Of a stretch of DNA of 64,000 nucleotides, positions 13,278 through 30,367 are shown one piece after another. A program made the translations under genes and the position numbers. The stretch is from Paragordius varius. Lineage: Eukaryota; Animalia; Nematomorpha. The stretch's first letter is position 1, and each line of letters begins with the position of its first letter. The stretch covers positions 6,262,001-6,326,000 of the forward strand of contig OZ176053.1 in the NCBI GenBank assembly GCA_964247055.1, in the 5' to 3' direction. The notes beneath the pieces are model-generated. The model searched no databases. It worked only from the letters and a program-made list of their open reading frames with translations, and was not told where the DNA came from.

Positions 13278-16200
13278 TTTATAAACTTTGTCAACCCATA
13301 AATGTATAAAATTATAATTAAATCAATAAATAATAGTATTTTCCTAAAAATAATTGCAAATCTTAATTGATTGACCGTAACAAAAATGATAATATAGCAA
13401 AATGATAACTTTATTAAAATTGAGAATTACCCAAGTTTAAAATTAAAATTAACGTTTTTTATACAATTGGTTATATAAAATTGTTAAAAAACGACCGTAT
13501 TTAATTAACTTTGTAATCATACTGACATATGTATTGTATTTTAGAATAATTTATAAATTATTAATTATATTTGATGATTTACTTTTATATCATCCAATTG
13601 TTCGAGATTTTCAAGCAGATTGTGGTTAGTAGATTTATAATTCGTGACCCAGGATAAATCAGATAATAAAGCATGCTCACGACATATCGGGCAACGCAAA
13701 CCACTTAACAATATAAATATAATTATAAATTGTAGTTTTAATATAAACTTTGACAAACATAAATTAGTAAATTTCTTTAGTATTTTCAATACTCTTGAGT
13801 CAGAAAATTTTTTATGTACAATCACTACAGTTTAAATTTATTTTTCCATTTATAAGGAATATATATATGTATATATACCCTTAAAAAGTAGGGTGATCAA
13901 AATAGCAAAAACAACTTTTTATTATGGTTAATGGGAGATTTTGACAAGGCTTGTGTGCACATGTGACAAAGTGTGTGACCACAAGGTAAAACATTCCATT
14001 CCGTTTCCAAAGAAATCATACAAATAGGGCATGTTAATGAATATTGGACTTCCGATTCCATTGCAGTATTTGTTGATGATTGGTCTTTATGCAAATCGGC
14101 GGTTTTTTCATTTTTCTAACATATAATAATGTATTATCGATGTGGGGGATAAAGTTACTGTTCAAAAACATCGTAATAAAATTCGACTATTATGCACCAA
14201 ATATTATAGTTTTACACAATATATATTGTATATATAATTTTTGACAAAAATAAACCGCTTTCACCAATATAAAACTAATATAAACTTTTCTAAGATTTTT
14301 GAGGTAAGTCAAATGACCCAATTTCTTTTTTAAGTCAACATCGGAACTGGAGAAATTAGCTAATAAATCATTTATTGTATCAGTTAATTCATATTCATAT
14401 AACATATTTAGTGGTCTTTTTGTTGTGGTATTTGGTGTATTTGAACTATTTTCATCGCTAATATCTAAGCTATTATTGATGGGATTGTCTAATTGATAAC
14501 GTGTGATTGCCATGTTTAATTCATCAAATCGCGCTATTCGGTTATAAAGTGACATCCATAACTCTCGTAGAGTCTAGAAATAATAAAAAGTATCGAAATA
14601 AACTGTTTTAAAATTATGTATTTTCTTACTTATGTAGCAAAAGCGTTTTATACAAACGAAACTTTATATTGTTTTTATATACTTTATATTCTCGTTTGAC
14701 CAGATTAAACCATAAAAAATGGTGAGTTATATCGAGACTCCTTTCTGAATCCTGGTGCGATTGTAAAATTTTCAAAGCTTTTTCAAGATCACTTTCCCGC
14801 CATACACCTTGATCGGTTCGATGTTCATTTTCGTTTTCATTCTCTGTTAAATAATTTTCCGAACATAGATTAATATCCGAATTTGGACTATTTTTGGACG
14901 TTTTAGTTGATGTGGTATTTATTTTATACAACAATTTTTCATATTGTAATAGTTCATTTTCTACCATACACAATTCACATCTGCATATTGAAATAGAATA
15001 ATTACATATTACAAGTAATTTTATAATGTTAAGGCAATGTTTAAGACAACCAACTTTTTGGCGTTAGAAATCAATTTAACACGTTTGGAAGCGGGATATT
15101 TTGGTAATGTATTTTTATCATTTTGTTCTACATCTAATCTGAGATGGCACATAGAAGCTTCATCGATTTGAGCTTTTGCTGGAACGGTAAATAATTGACG
15201 GATCTTTTTAATCACATCCATTCTCATATTGCATAATTTGATTAAGGCATTGTAAATAATGTATTGATAGGTTTTGTATGAAAGGCCGTTTATCGGATTA
15301 CTACTCAAAATAGATCATACAATAAAGATTTTATCCTAAGGCGACACTTAAGTATATATAAAATTAAAAATTACACTTGTATGAATATATATTGCAATCT
15401 TACCCAATAGCTAAAGAATCTTTGTCGTAGTTGATGAATAATTTTTCTGATTGGAAACGTTTTATAATCTTTTCTTGAGATTCTATCGGTAATGGGCACA
15501 TAAACCAAACATTATTATTCTGTGTAATTTTTATTTCATTGTTGTAAAAATTAAATGGTTGATATTCAACGGAGTTTAATTTTTGGGTATATTCCTCCAG
15601 ATGGTTAATACATTTGTCTACAATCGTTTGATATTTGGTGAGGTAAGTTTCTTTTAAAGTTTGATACTATACAAAATAATATGTGTGAATTATATTTGCA
15701 AAAGGCAGTTGTGAATAGCTATCAAAAAGTAGAAAGATATTTGAATTATTTAGGTAAAAAGAGTATAAAAGTCCCCGCAAAAAAATATAAAAAATTTAAG
15801 CAAAAAAATAAACTTCATTCCGGTAATATTCGGTGTCGCAAGGGTTTAATAAGTTTTCTTTTTTATTTTCATCCTGGTAAGGATCCGACATTAATATTTG
15901 AGACATATTGTAATACGCATGTATTCGCTGTAAAAGATCTGTTTTAAACTCATCTTTATACTTTTCACATGATTCAAATACTTGTTTATAATAGGATACT
16001 GCTTGACCCATATCATTCTTTAGCCAATAGACACCGGCTAAACCTACAAAAAATATGAAAATATTGTCTTAAATAAACTTTTATTGTTTTTTTAAAATCG
16101 AATATCTATGAAAACAAGCTCTTTGTAATTTATACATTTTAACACATAATGCTGAGTTTTATCAAGCTTATAAGAACAAAAAAGGTCTTTTGTAATGAAT

Positions 16201-19200
16201 CTTAAAAAACCTTTTTTTAATCTGGAAAAATATTCTTTAAGTATTTTACCATTGAGGGAGGCAATGGTTGTGCGATGTAATTCTTCACACTCAACAATTG
16301 ATTTGCTAATCAAGGTATCCAAAATTTCTTCCATAGTCATAATTCTTGAATATTTTATATTTATATGTTAAAAAAATGGAAAAAAAATAATCTCATTAGC
16401 AAAATATTGTGAAGATGAGCTAAAAAATAATAAAATAATTTAAATTTACCTTTTATAAATTGAATTTGATTCAAGATTTTGTGATATATTGCTTTTGTTT
16501 CTTGATCTGCGTTTATTTTTAGTGGCGTGAGTGTGATTCCATTTTATAAGACTGTTTTTTGGTGTTTTACACTTCATTAAAACAATTTGGGGGTGACAAC
16601 AAGCTTGTCTAAGTCTATTTAACAGTATTTATAATTAAAAAACGATATTTGTTTTTACGTAAATAAAAATATCAAATCAAGGAGCGAAACATATTCAACG
16701 TTTCATAACCTTTTAAGGGTAATTTTTTTAACTAAAAACAATATTAAAATTTAATATATTTATTTAACTATACGGATGATATTGGGCCAACTTAAAATGC
16801 AGTGGTCGAAACTTTAAAACATATAAATCTTTTGGCCACCTATTCTTGGTGTTATATCGGTAAAAAGGCTAGAATATAACTTTATATTGTAAAAAAATAA
16901 CTTTTCGTGCTTAAATCATAAATTGACAGCAGATTTTAGTCAATTATTGATTTAAATATCACCTGGCTTCAATTAGATTTGAAAAGTATTAATTTTTGTA
17001 AAACTTGATTTAAAAGACTTAAAAAATGAAACATTTTCTGACACAATAAAATGTTTAATAATTATATTTCAAGTTTATTGAGCTAAAATATATTTTTGAT
17101 GAAAAAATTTATGTAATGAACGGTTATATTTAAAAAAAACCATGGCAAAATAATAGGTACCTTATTAATGGGTTTATTATGTTTATCATTATTTTGGTTT
17201 CATCTTTTATGTTATCGGATGATTTTCGGGATTTCAAAGATCCGTTTTCTAATGGTATGCGAGAATTTTGTTCGATTTGGGAATTTCGATTGTTAACATC
17301 AGACATTTTTATCTTGCAATAATAATTTGTTTGTCAAATTGGCCGATTCCTCAAATTGCCTTTGATAAAAATGCTGTTCAACTGGAGAAAATGTCAGCAT
17401 GTTTGTTTGAAAGCTTTGCTTTGGAATACCCAGCTTAATTTCATGCGTGTGAAAATAAAATAAATAAAAATATTTGGAATTAATAAAGGAAAAAAATTCA
17501 AATAATTAAATTGGTTTAATAATTTCACACACACCAATTAAGAAGAAAAAATTTTTTGGTATATGGGGATAATATTTTCATTTTATACGGCAATTAAAAA
17601 TACGTAAGCATAAATATATGAAATGCTCATTAAAACAAAAATCTAATGTATTCATGGCTTCCAATAATCTTTTTTTTATATTTTAATTTTAAACTTTAAT
17701 AATAAATTAATTTTTGTCATGACATATTTGCATTTTGGAGCAAATAATTTAATATTTCTAATTAATAAAATATATGAATTAATTTTAAAAATTTTATCAG
17801 ATTTTAGCTGAAACCATTAAAAGTCAAAATTAAACAAAGTATCATGGATCGATGTAAGAAAAATGGGCTCTACATTAATTTTCATGAATACGATAAATAT
17901 ACATCTATTTTTTAAATTTTAAACCATATGCATGATTCCTTAACATAAGGAATTAAGTCAACCATTGTAACTCATTTTTGGATTAGTATAAAAATATGTA
18001 TATTTATAAAATTTAAGTAAAATAATTTTAAATGCACATGCATAAAGATAAAGAGTGTGACGTTATATAACAACCTGGTCTAAGATATCCTTTTTGCAGG
18101 TTCTCCAAAAAATAGGAGATATAGCGCTAACAAATGGTTCCGAATCATGATTTTCGGTATATGCCTTTAAAATATTGTTTTTCCAATAATTCCTATTATT
18201 GTATGGCGCATATTCCAAAAAACTCACCAAACCAAACATGTCTAAAAAAGCCAATAAAAAAATATGCATCATAAAAAGCTGATACTTATACAAAGTGTAA
18301 ACCCTTTTTCAACTTTCAATTTTTAACCAGATCCATATGAGAAAAAAATTATAGTAAATCTAATACAAATGTAACAAAGATATCTTTAATATATTATGAG
18401 GAGAAAAGAATAAGCCTGTTTGTTTAATTAAAATAATTGCTCATTTCGATTGACTTGAAAAATGTTTTTTGACTGAAAAAAAGAAGCTATTAGATTAAAA
18501 AAATTTTACCATCAATATCTTTTTGTATGGGTGTTCCAGTTACACACCATTTATAAACTGCCTGCAATTTATTGATCATTTGAGCAGATTTGGATAATTG
18601 TCGAGAACCTTCAACCATTTGTGCCTCATCTAAACATATGCGCCACCAATCGATACAAAGCAAAGGGGTTGGCGCATCAAAATATCGTTTTGGTGTTCGG
18701 AATTTTCCAATGTCATTGTCTCTATATGTAAGTCAATATTGATAGATTTATTCCCGTTATTTTGATTTTAACATCTTAATACTTATCGTAAACAAAAATA
18801 GCCAAAATGTTTTAAGTGATAACAATCATTTTCATAATTGACATTTTTAACATAAAACATATATTTAAATTAGGTTTAGACGTTAAAAGTGGAGTTTATC
18901 ATGATTTTTTATTTAATATTCTCACATGGCCTTGTAGGACAAAACACAAAATAATTTTAACCAATATGTCAAAATTTTATTAACATAAAAAATGATTATT
19001 AAATCATCGCACAAATTATTTGGTTATCAGCATTAACACTTCGATTCAAATTTGGGTATCTAAATACTCCAGACTAAATTTAAATTAATATTTTAAAAAA
19101 ACTACTGAAGGAAACGGTCTCAGTTTAAATTTATGCTTCTATACTGATAGAAATTATATAAATATGCCAAAATATCTTGATAAAATTTTGTTTTGAAAAA

Positions 19201-20507
19201 AAAGTTCCATCTCAAACTACTTCGACGCCATTTTTATTTTACAAAATTTTTGCAAAATATCGTCTTCATTTCATTTAAGGGTGAAAGAAAAGCTAATTTT
19301 TTATATAAGTTACATCTAACATTGATAGAAACGGAAAAAGCGGTTTATTTTTTATTATTTTTTAATTTTGCAATTTGACACATGTCACTTTGACGAAATT
19401 TTTACCTTTCGGTTTTAGCTTAAAATAAGTAATATCAAGTATTTTCGAATAAAGTTTTTTATATATTTCGGTTTATTAATGTTATATAAGTGTAAAATTT
19501 TGCAATGTTTTCGATTCCTTCCATACTTTTTAAAGTATTTAATTATAAACAAGCATGGGCTATCCAACTACCCCAATTTGAATCGAAGGACTAAAATGAA
19601 TGTGTTGTATCGAAGTGTTAATAGTGATTTGGGTTTTTTAAATGATATTTCTATATGCGGACTTGTTATTTTCTATAAATGAAAAATCGAATCTCTAACT
19701 AAATATTTTATTATGCAATAGACAAAAAATATTAAATTTGAAATAATCATCGCTTAATCCTATAAACACGTTTATAAACCATAAAAAATTATATATTAGC
19801 TAACGTTTCATAGTGGGGCAAATCGGTATGGGTGATTTCTTTTATGAGGGTCTCGTATGATGTTATAACAATATCATGTGAAGCAAGATCTTGCGGGTAA
19901 ATGAACCCATTCATAACTCCTTCATACACCTAAAATTAACCATAAAGAAAAACCATAAAATTCAAATAATTGGATTTATCATGTTTTTGAACTTCATTGT
20001 ACCACTGATTGGTAATAGAGAGGGGGGTAATAATTAGCGTAGCTTTCGATTTGTATCGAGACTGAATTGTACAAAAACAGCAAAGTTTGGGTGTTTTTAC
20101 CAATAATTTATTCAAACATCTAAAAAATATTTTAATAAATACTTTTTATGTTGAAAAATTCCACAACATTCACACTGAAAAAGATTTCTGTTTCGAGTAA
20201 TCTTATTCGTCCCACATAAACATTTCATTCGGTTTATTTTTTGTCCCGTAGGTATTATTTTTTGGGTTATATTTTCCGGACGCATATGGTTCTTAATTAA
20301 GGCTAGAATCTCTAAAGTCTTTCCTAAACCCATTTCATCGGCTAATATTCCACCTTTCAAATGGTTACAGTGTTTTTCAATATAAGACATCCATGTATAT
20401 GCCTTTAATTGGTATTTTCTAAGCAGGGTCAATCCACATATTGGTTCTTCTCTCAAGTTTAAATTTTTGTTTGAATTTGTAAGAGTGGCGAGATCAAAGT
20501 TATGCAT
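10346..20507 (-). CDS. SHPRH: E3 ubiquitin ligase/SNF2 helicase SHPRH (SNF2 ATPase, PHD, RING, helicase C), ~1320-1330 aa
   Basis: Motifs GGILADEMGLGKT, PHD C4HC3, WWRICLDEAQMVE, WCVTGTPIQ, LRQACCHPQ, RING CPIC..CGH..C..C..CPIC, GSYSVKV, EEQAIGRVHRIGQ. Exons: 20507-20143, 20119-19954, 19929-19805, 18721-18510, 18241-18075, 17433-17161, 16614-16450, 16344-16250, 16043-15814, 15666-15404, 15300-15055, 14980-14683, 14573-14286, 14115-13916, 13703-13583, 13173-12994, 12733-12555, 10766-10346. All phases match except a 1-nt discrepancy inside exon 6. Confidence 0.92.
19037..19617 (-). mobile_element. piggyBac-like MITE (family A) in SHPRH intron 3
   Basis: TTAA at 19033-19036 and 19618-19621. Ends CACTTCGAT...ATCGAAGTG. 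Reverse complement of 1111-1671. Confidence 0.8.
19930..19953 (-). other. 24-nt micro-intron, SHPRH intron 2
   Basis: GTTTTTCTTTATGGTTAATTTTAG, containing an in-frame TAA. Splicing joins NFM|VYEG. Confidence 0.85.
20120..20142 (-). other. 23-nt micro-intron, SHPRH intron 1
   Basis: GTATTTATTAAAATATTTTTTAG. Splicing restores the PHD HKKC (HxxC) zinc ligands; the unspliced frame stops. Confidence 0.9.
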
Positions 20508-20551
20508 ATGTTTTATTTGTGTAATTAAGAAAAGCACGTTTTTAGGTCAAC

Positions 20552-23187
<2,636 letters not shown>

Positions 23188-24144
23188 ATTCCATCCTTAT
23201 ATTTACACAATTTTTAATATATAAGCAATAATTATTTTATAAATATTTAATAATTCCATATGATAAAAATATTTCATTTTATTTAGACGCTTACGCTGCA
23301 AAATTAATTTAATTGTTTGTCATTGTAATATTAGCTCATATTAGCTTTACAGTAAATGTAATATATATTTTTTATCAATAAATATATAATATATATGCAT
23401 AAATTTGATATAATTGTTATAATGCATAAAATAAACCGCTATCAAATTCATTATCTTTAATAATAAGATAATGTTTTGCGTTATTCGTTTTATACGCTTT
23501 TTCAGGAACGTGTTATATATCTGTCCCAGAGATTCGGAACCATCGGCTTTTTAAAACCAAAACTGCGGTTTTTAACGGTATCATAAGATTTTATTTTTTT
23601 TCGCTTTTTCATTACATTACAATGTTGATTAACCTTGGTTTTTTATGTTTGGAATCACTTTTCTTTCCGACCATTCACACTAATACAAACCTTATTAATA
23701 TTTGAAGGTAATATTGTAAATAGACCAAGAACCAATTTAGTTCGTTACATCCTCTTTTCCGAATTTTGGCAACTACACATTTGTAAAAACCCTGTGTGGT
23801 GCACATTTCATTTAAAATAAACATCAATCTTAGTTTTAGTCGGTAAAATTTCCTAATCCCTTTCACAGCAAAGCTTTTACGAGTCATAATTAAAAAAGTT
23901 TGATTTAATTTAAAAAAATATATAGGGTTTATAAAGTTTTAACTTTATTTATGTTTCTTTAGCTTGAAGACACTTCATACTAATGTTTATTACAAATAAA
24001 ATTTTTAGATTTTTTAAAAATTTAACGATTTATATTAAAAATATTGATATGTTTTTGTCGTTTAATACCGGCTTTAGGGCATAAAAATTCCCCAAATTAC
24101 AAAACTGAGTCAATAATTGTATGGAAAAGATATCCATATATATA

Positions 24145-27100
24145 CCATTTTTCATGCAAAAACATCATTTTTTCAACCAAATGCAACATTTTTTCAACCA
24201 AACTCAACAATTTTTCAAGCAAACGTAACATTTTTTCAAGCAAATACATTTTTTCGAGCAAACGCAACATTTTTTCAAGCAAAGACAATTTTTCAAGCAA
24301 ACGCAACATTTTTTCAAGCAAACGCAACATTTTTCCAACCAAAGACAACATTTTTTCATCCAAACGCAACATTTTTTCAACCAACGACAACATTTTCAAG
24401 CAAAAACAACAATTTTTTTAAATAAAAAACCATTTTTTTTATTTCAAGACATATTAAATATTTAAAGTTGTAAATTAATTTTAGCGTATAATTATGATTT
24501 TTATTGTTTTATCATCAATATGTGATGGTATGATTGATTTTCAAACATAGTTTTGCCCATAAATTGCATTATTTATTTATATTAATTATTTTTTTCTTTT
24601 ACAATTTAAGTTTCACCTAATCAATCTATACTGCGCTTCAAGATTGTTCTTTTACATTTAAACTTAGTCCTAGAACACTTCAAGTTGATCCTTCAATATT
24701 TAATTTTGATTCTAACGTTTATTAATGAGGCAGTAAAATATTCATTATTCCATTTAAACCTATTTTTTATATTTAACCTAAACATTTAAGTGAATACATT
24801 TCTTTCATAAAAACCGTATATCCTTATTATTCTCTATAAATTAATATTAAAAAATATCTACGTTTTGTGGGTTGATGGTAATATCTAGTTTAAAACAATA
24901 ATAAATTTATAATATTGATAAATTAAAGAAAATCAAACAAAGTTGTTTTACTATGAAAATATTAATTTATTCAAAAACTAAATAGAGATATTAGTTTAAA
25001 TTTAAAAAATAGATAATTCACAAAAATAACGGTTGGTATGGAAACTGCAAAAAATGTAAGGAATTTTAAGCGAAAGATAACTTTTAATTTTTAAAGAGAG
25101 TCTTAAAGCGCAAATTATATTGATTGATAAAAAAAATATTTATAAATAAATAATGGAATTTATGGGATAAATTAAAATGTTTGAAAATCAATCATACCAT
25201 GTATTGTTGATAAAACAATAAAAATCATAATTCTAGTCTAAAATTAATTTTACATTAACTTTAAATTTATTTCTTAAAAAAATGGTTTTTTATTTAAAAA
25301 AAATTGTTGTTTTTGCTTGAAAAAATGTTGTCGTTGGTTGAAAAAAATGTTGCGTTTGGATGAAAAAATGTTGTCTTTGGTTGGAAAAATGTTGCATTTG
25401 GTTTAAAAAAATGATGTTTTTGCATGAAAGATGGTATAATGCAAAAACATCATTTTTCAACCAAATGCACCATTTTTTCAAGCAAATGCAACATCTTTTC
25501 AAGCAAAGGCAACATCTTTTCAAGCAAACGCAACATTTTTTCAAGCAAACGCAACATTTTTCCAACCAAAGACAACATTTTTTCATCCGAACGCAACATT
25601 TTTTCAACCAACGACAACATTTTTTCAAGCAAAAACAACAATTTTTTTAAATAAAAAACCATTTTTTTTATTTTAAGACATATTAAATTTAAAGTTAATG
25701 TAAATTAATTTAAGCGTATAATTATGATTTTTATTGTTTTATCATTAATATGTGATGGTATGATTGATTTTCAAACATAGTTTTGCCCATAAATTGCATT
25801 ATTTATTTATATTAATTATTTTTTTCTTTTACAATTTAAGTTTCACCTAATCAATCTATACTGCGCTTCAAGATTGTTCTTTTACATTTAAACTTAGTCC
25901 TAGAACACTTCAAGTTGATCCTTCAATATTTAATTTTGATTCTAACGTTTATTAATGAGGCAGTAAAATATTCATTATTCCATTTAAACCTATTTTTTAT
26001 ATTTAACCTAAACATTTAAGTGAATACATTTCTTTCATAAAAAACCGTATATCCTTATTATTCTCTATAAATTAATATTAAAAAATATCTACGTTTTGTG
26101 GGTTGATGGTAATATCTAGTTTAAAACAATAATAAATTTATAATATTGATAAATTAAAGAAAATCAAACAAAGTTGTTTTACTATGAAAATATTAATTTA
26201 TTCAAAAACTAAATAGAGATATTAGTTTAAATTTAAAAAATAGATAATTCACAAAAATAACGGTTGGTATGGAAACTGCAAAAAATGTAAGGAATTTTAA
26301 GCGAAAGATAACTTTTAATTTTTAAAGAGAGTCTTAAAGGGCAAATTATATTGATTGATAAAAAAAATATTTATAAATAAATAATGGAATTTATGGGATA
26401 AATTAAAATGTTTGAAAATCAATCATACCATGTATTGTTGATAAAACAATAAAAATCATAATTCAAGTCTAAAATTAATTTTACATTAACTTTAAATTTA
26501 TTTCTTAAAAAAAATTGTTGTTTTTGCTTGAAAAAATGTTGTCGTTGGTTAAAAAAAATGTTGCGTTTGGATGAAAAAATGTTGTCTTTGGTTGGAAAAA
26601 TGTTGCATTTGGTTAAAAAAATGATGTTTTTGCATGAAAGATGGTATAATGCAAAACATCATTTTTTCAACCAAATGCAACATCTTTTCAAGCAAAGGCA
26701 ACATCTTTTCAAGCAAACGCAACATTTTTTCAACCAAAGACAACATTTTTTCAAGCAAAAACAACAATTTTTCAACCAAAGACAACATTTTTTCAAGCAA
26801 AAACAACAATTTTTTTAAAATTACAAAGAATTTTTTTATTTTATGACAATTTAATTATTAAGTATATATTTAATTTTAAAGTTAATGTTATTAAATTTTA
26901 GCGTTGAAGTATGATTTTTATTGTTTTATCATTGATATTTAATGGTAAATTGATTGATTTTCAAACATTTTAATTTTCCCCAGAAATTTCATTATTTATC
27001 TATATTTATTCTTTTTCTACAACTTTAGTTCCTAATCAATATATACAATTTGCGCTTTAAGAGGTCTTTGAAAGTTTAATGTTGGTCCTTTACTTAAAGT

Positions 27101-28012
27101 TGGTCCTTACATTTTTTGCAGTTTGCATACAACCGTTATTTTTGTATGTAATTATCTATTTTTTTAATTTACTAATATTATTTATTAGTATTTTTTCATT
27201 CAGAATTAATATTTCAGCAAAAAATAACTTTATTTGTTTCGAACTAATTTTTAGTTTACAATATTACTTATTAATGTTTTAATATTACAATCAATAATCC
27301 ACAAAACTTAGATTTTAATTATAGTTTATGTTTTATTATAGAGAATAATAATGATATACGGTTCTATTAAAAAAAGTTGATATTCATTTAAAAGTTTATC
27401 TAATAAAGAGAATAGGTCAAATATGATAGGATAGATGAATATTTTATTGTTTCATTAATAAAAGTTAGAATCAAAATTAAAATATTGAAGAAAAACTTGA
27501 ACTGTTCATCGACCAACTTTAAATTTTTAACTAAAGTTGTAGAAAAAAAATAAATATAGATAAATAATGCAATTACTGGGGAAAATTAAAATGTTTGAAA
27601 ATCATTACCATTAAATATTAATGATAAAACAATAAAAATCATAATTCAACCCTAAAATTTAATAACATTAACTAATTAAATAAATACTTAATAATTAAAT
27701 TGTCATAAAATAAAAAAATTCTTTGTAATTTTAAAAAAAATAGTTGTTTTTGATTGAAAAAATGTTGTCTTTGGTCGAAAAAATATTGCGTTTGGATGAA
27801 ATGTTGTCCTTGGTTCAAAAAAGTTGCGTTTGGATGAAAAAATGTTGTCCTTGGTTGGAAAAATGTTGTCTTTGGTTGAAAAAATGTTGTCTTTGGTTGA
27901 AAAAATGTTGCGTTTGCTTGAAAAGATGTTGCCTTTGCTTGAAAAAATGTTGCATTTGCTTGAAAAAATGGTGCGTTTGGTTGAAAAAATGATGTTTTTG
28001 CATGAAAAATGG
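24145..28012. mobile_element. Head-to-tail trimer of foldback-type palindromic elements (24145-25434, 25439-26644, 26649-28012)
   Basis: Outer TIR CCATTTTTCATGCAAAAACATC... / ...GATGTTTTTGCATGAAAAATGG, flanked by TA. TIRs are built of ~21-bp repeats (TTTTTTCAAGCAAACGCAACA / TTTTTTCAACCAAAGACAACA) followed by inverted AT-rich arms. The interiors of units 1 and 2 are nearly identical. Confidence 0.8.
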
Positions 28013-29199
28013 TATATAAGCTATCGAATGATATATAACTCGTTAATATTTTTTTGCTGCGCACTGTGTAATAACAAAATTGCTAGTTAAATTGTGTTTT
28101 TATAAAAGATAATAATATCCTTATTAGTGTTAATGATTCAAAGTTATTTTTAAAACCGTTTTTGTTCACTGGCAAAGTTTTTTTATTGATTGGAATAATG
28201 TTTCGATTGACTGGCAAAACGTTTGGATTGCTGGGAAAACGTTTTTTTACTGGGAAATGAAATATATATAAATATATATTATGTAAATATTATTGGTTTG
28301 GCCCAGATACTAGGATACCATGGATTAAACGATATTATCTCTCTGTTGCTTTCCTGGTAGGTACAAGATTTTAAAATCTACAATAATTTGAAGATAAAGT
28401 TGTATTTCCGACGAATGGTTTAACGCAGCTTTAGCCATTTTCATGAAGGAGTCTTATTAGTTTATTAAAAATTGATATCTTTATGTCTAAATAATGAGAT
28501 GTCAGGGAAATGTCTCAAAAGCTTTTAAAAAAACATATAGACATTTAGCTAAAAAAAATTTGAGGCCGATCTCATATAATTATGGGTTCGTTGTTGACAA
28601 TTTTATTATTTCAAATAAATAGTGAATTATTTAAATACATTACGGAGCACTATTAGCCATATCTGTAAAATGGCTAAAAGGGTATTTATTTAATTTGCAT
28701 ATCGCCATGTGTGAGATTTTTTAGTAGTCGCATATTTTATTAAACATGCATTTTTTCCACAATTCGTAGGAAAGCTCCGCGAACGAACAAGAGAAAGCTT
28801 GGCGTTACCGCAACACGATTAACCTAGCTGATATGAGCATAATATATATTATGTGAACATATTTTTTGGCCTGTTCTTACAGGCTTGAATAAAACGGACA
28901 AAAGTTAAATTATTCTATTCTCGATGAAACCGGATATTTAAAATTATTTATTAAACGGGATACAAACCTGATTACAACAAACTTACCATAAGCCACCAAA
29001 TGCAAACGCTACCCTAAAAAGCGATGACCATAATAATTAATAACCTTGACTTTACTAATATATATTTTTTTTTAAAATAATATCCTTAGTGGTAAGATCA
29101 TATTTTGACAAAAGGCCATCCACTATCAAAAAAGTATCCGTTTTTATATATATAATATTGTATATAAAATTTATTTACATGGGTTGATTCATCAAAAAA

Positions 29200-30367
<1,168 letters not shown>

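Noticed and set aside
24145-28012. Regularly spaced short repeats resembling a CRISPR array
   Set aside because: The repeats are contiguous with no unique spacers, the context is eukaryotic, and there are no cas genes.
24044-28090. About 20 ORFs (MLRLLEK, FFQANAT, KKCC repeats) in the ORF track
   Set aside because: All derive from the 21-bp TIR subrepeats, are open in several frames and on both strands, and are not credible genes.
28290-29130. Coding-like, GC-richer stretch downstream of TMA7
   Set aside because: Stops occur in every frame tried on both strands, no consistent exon chain was found, and no family was recognised.
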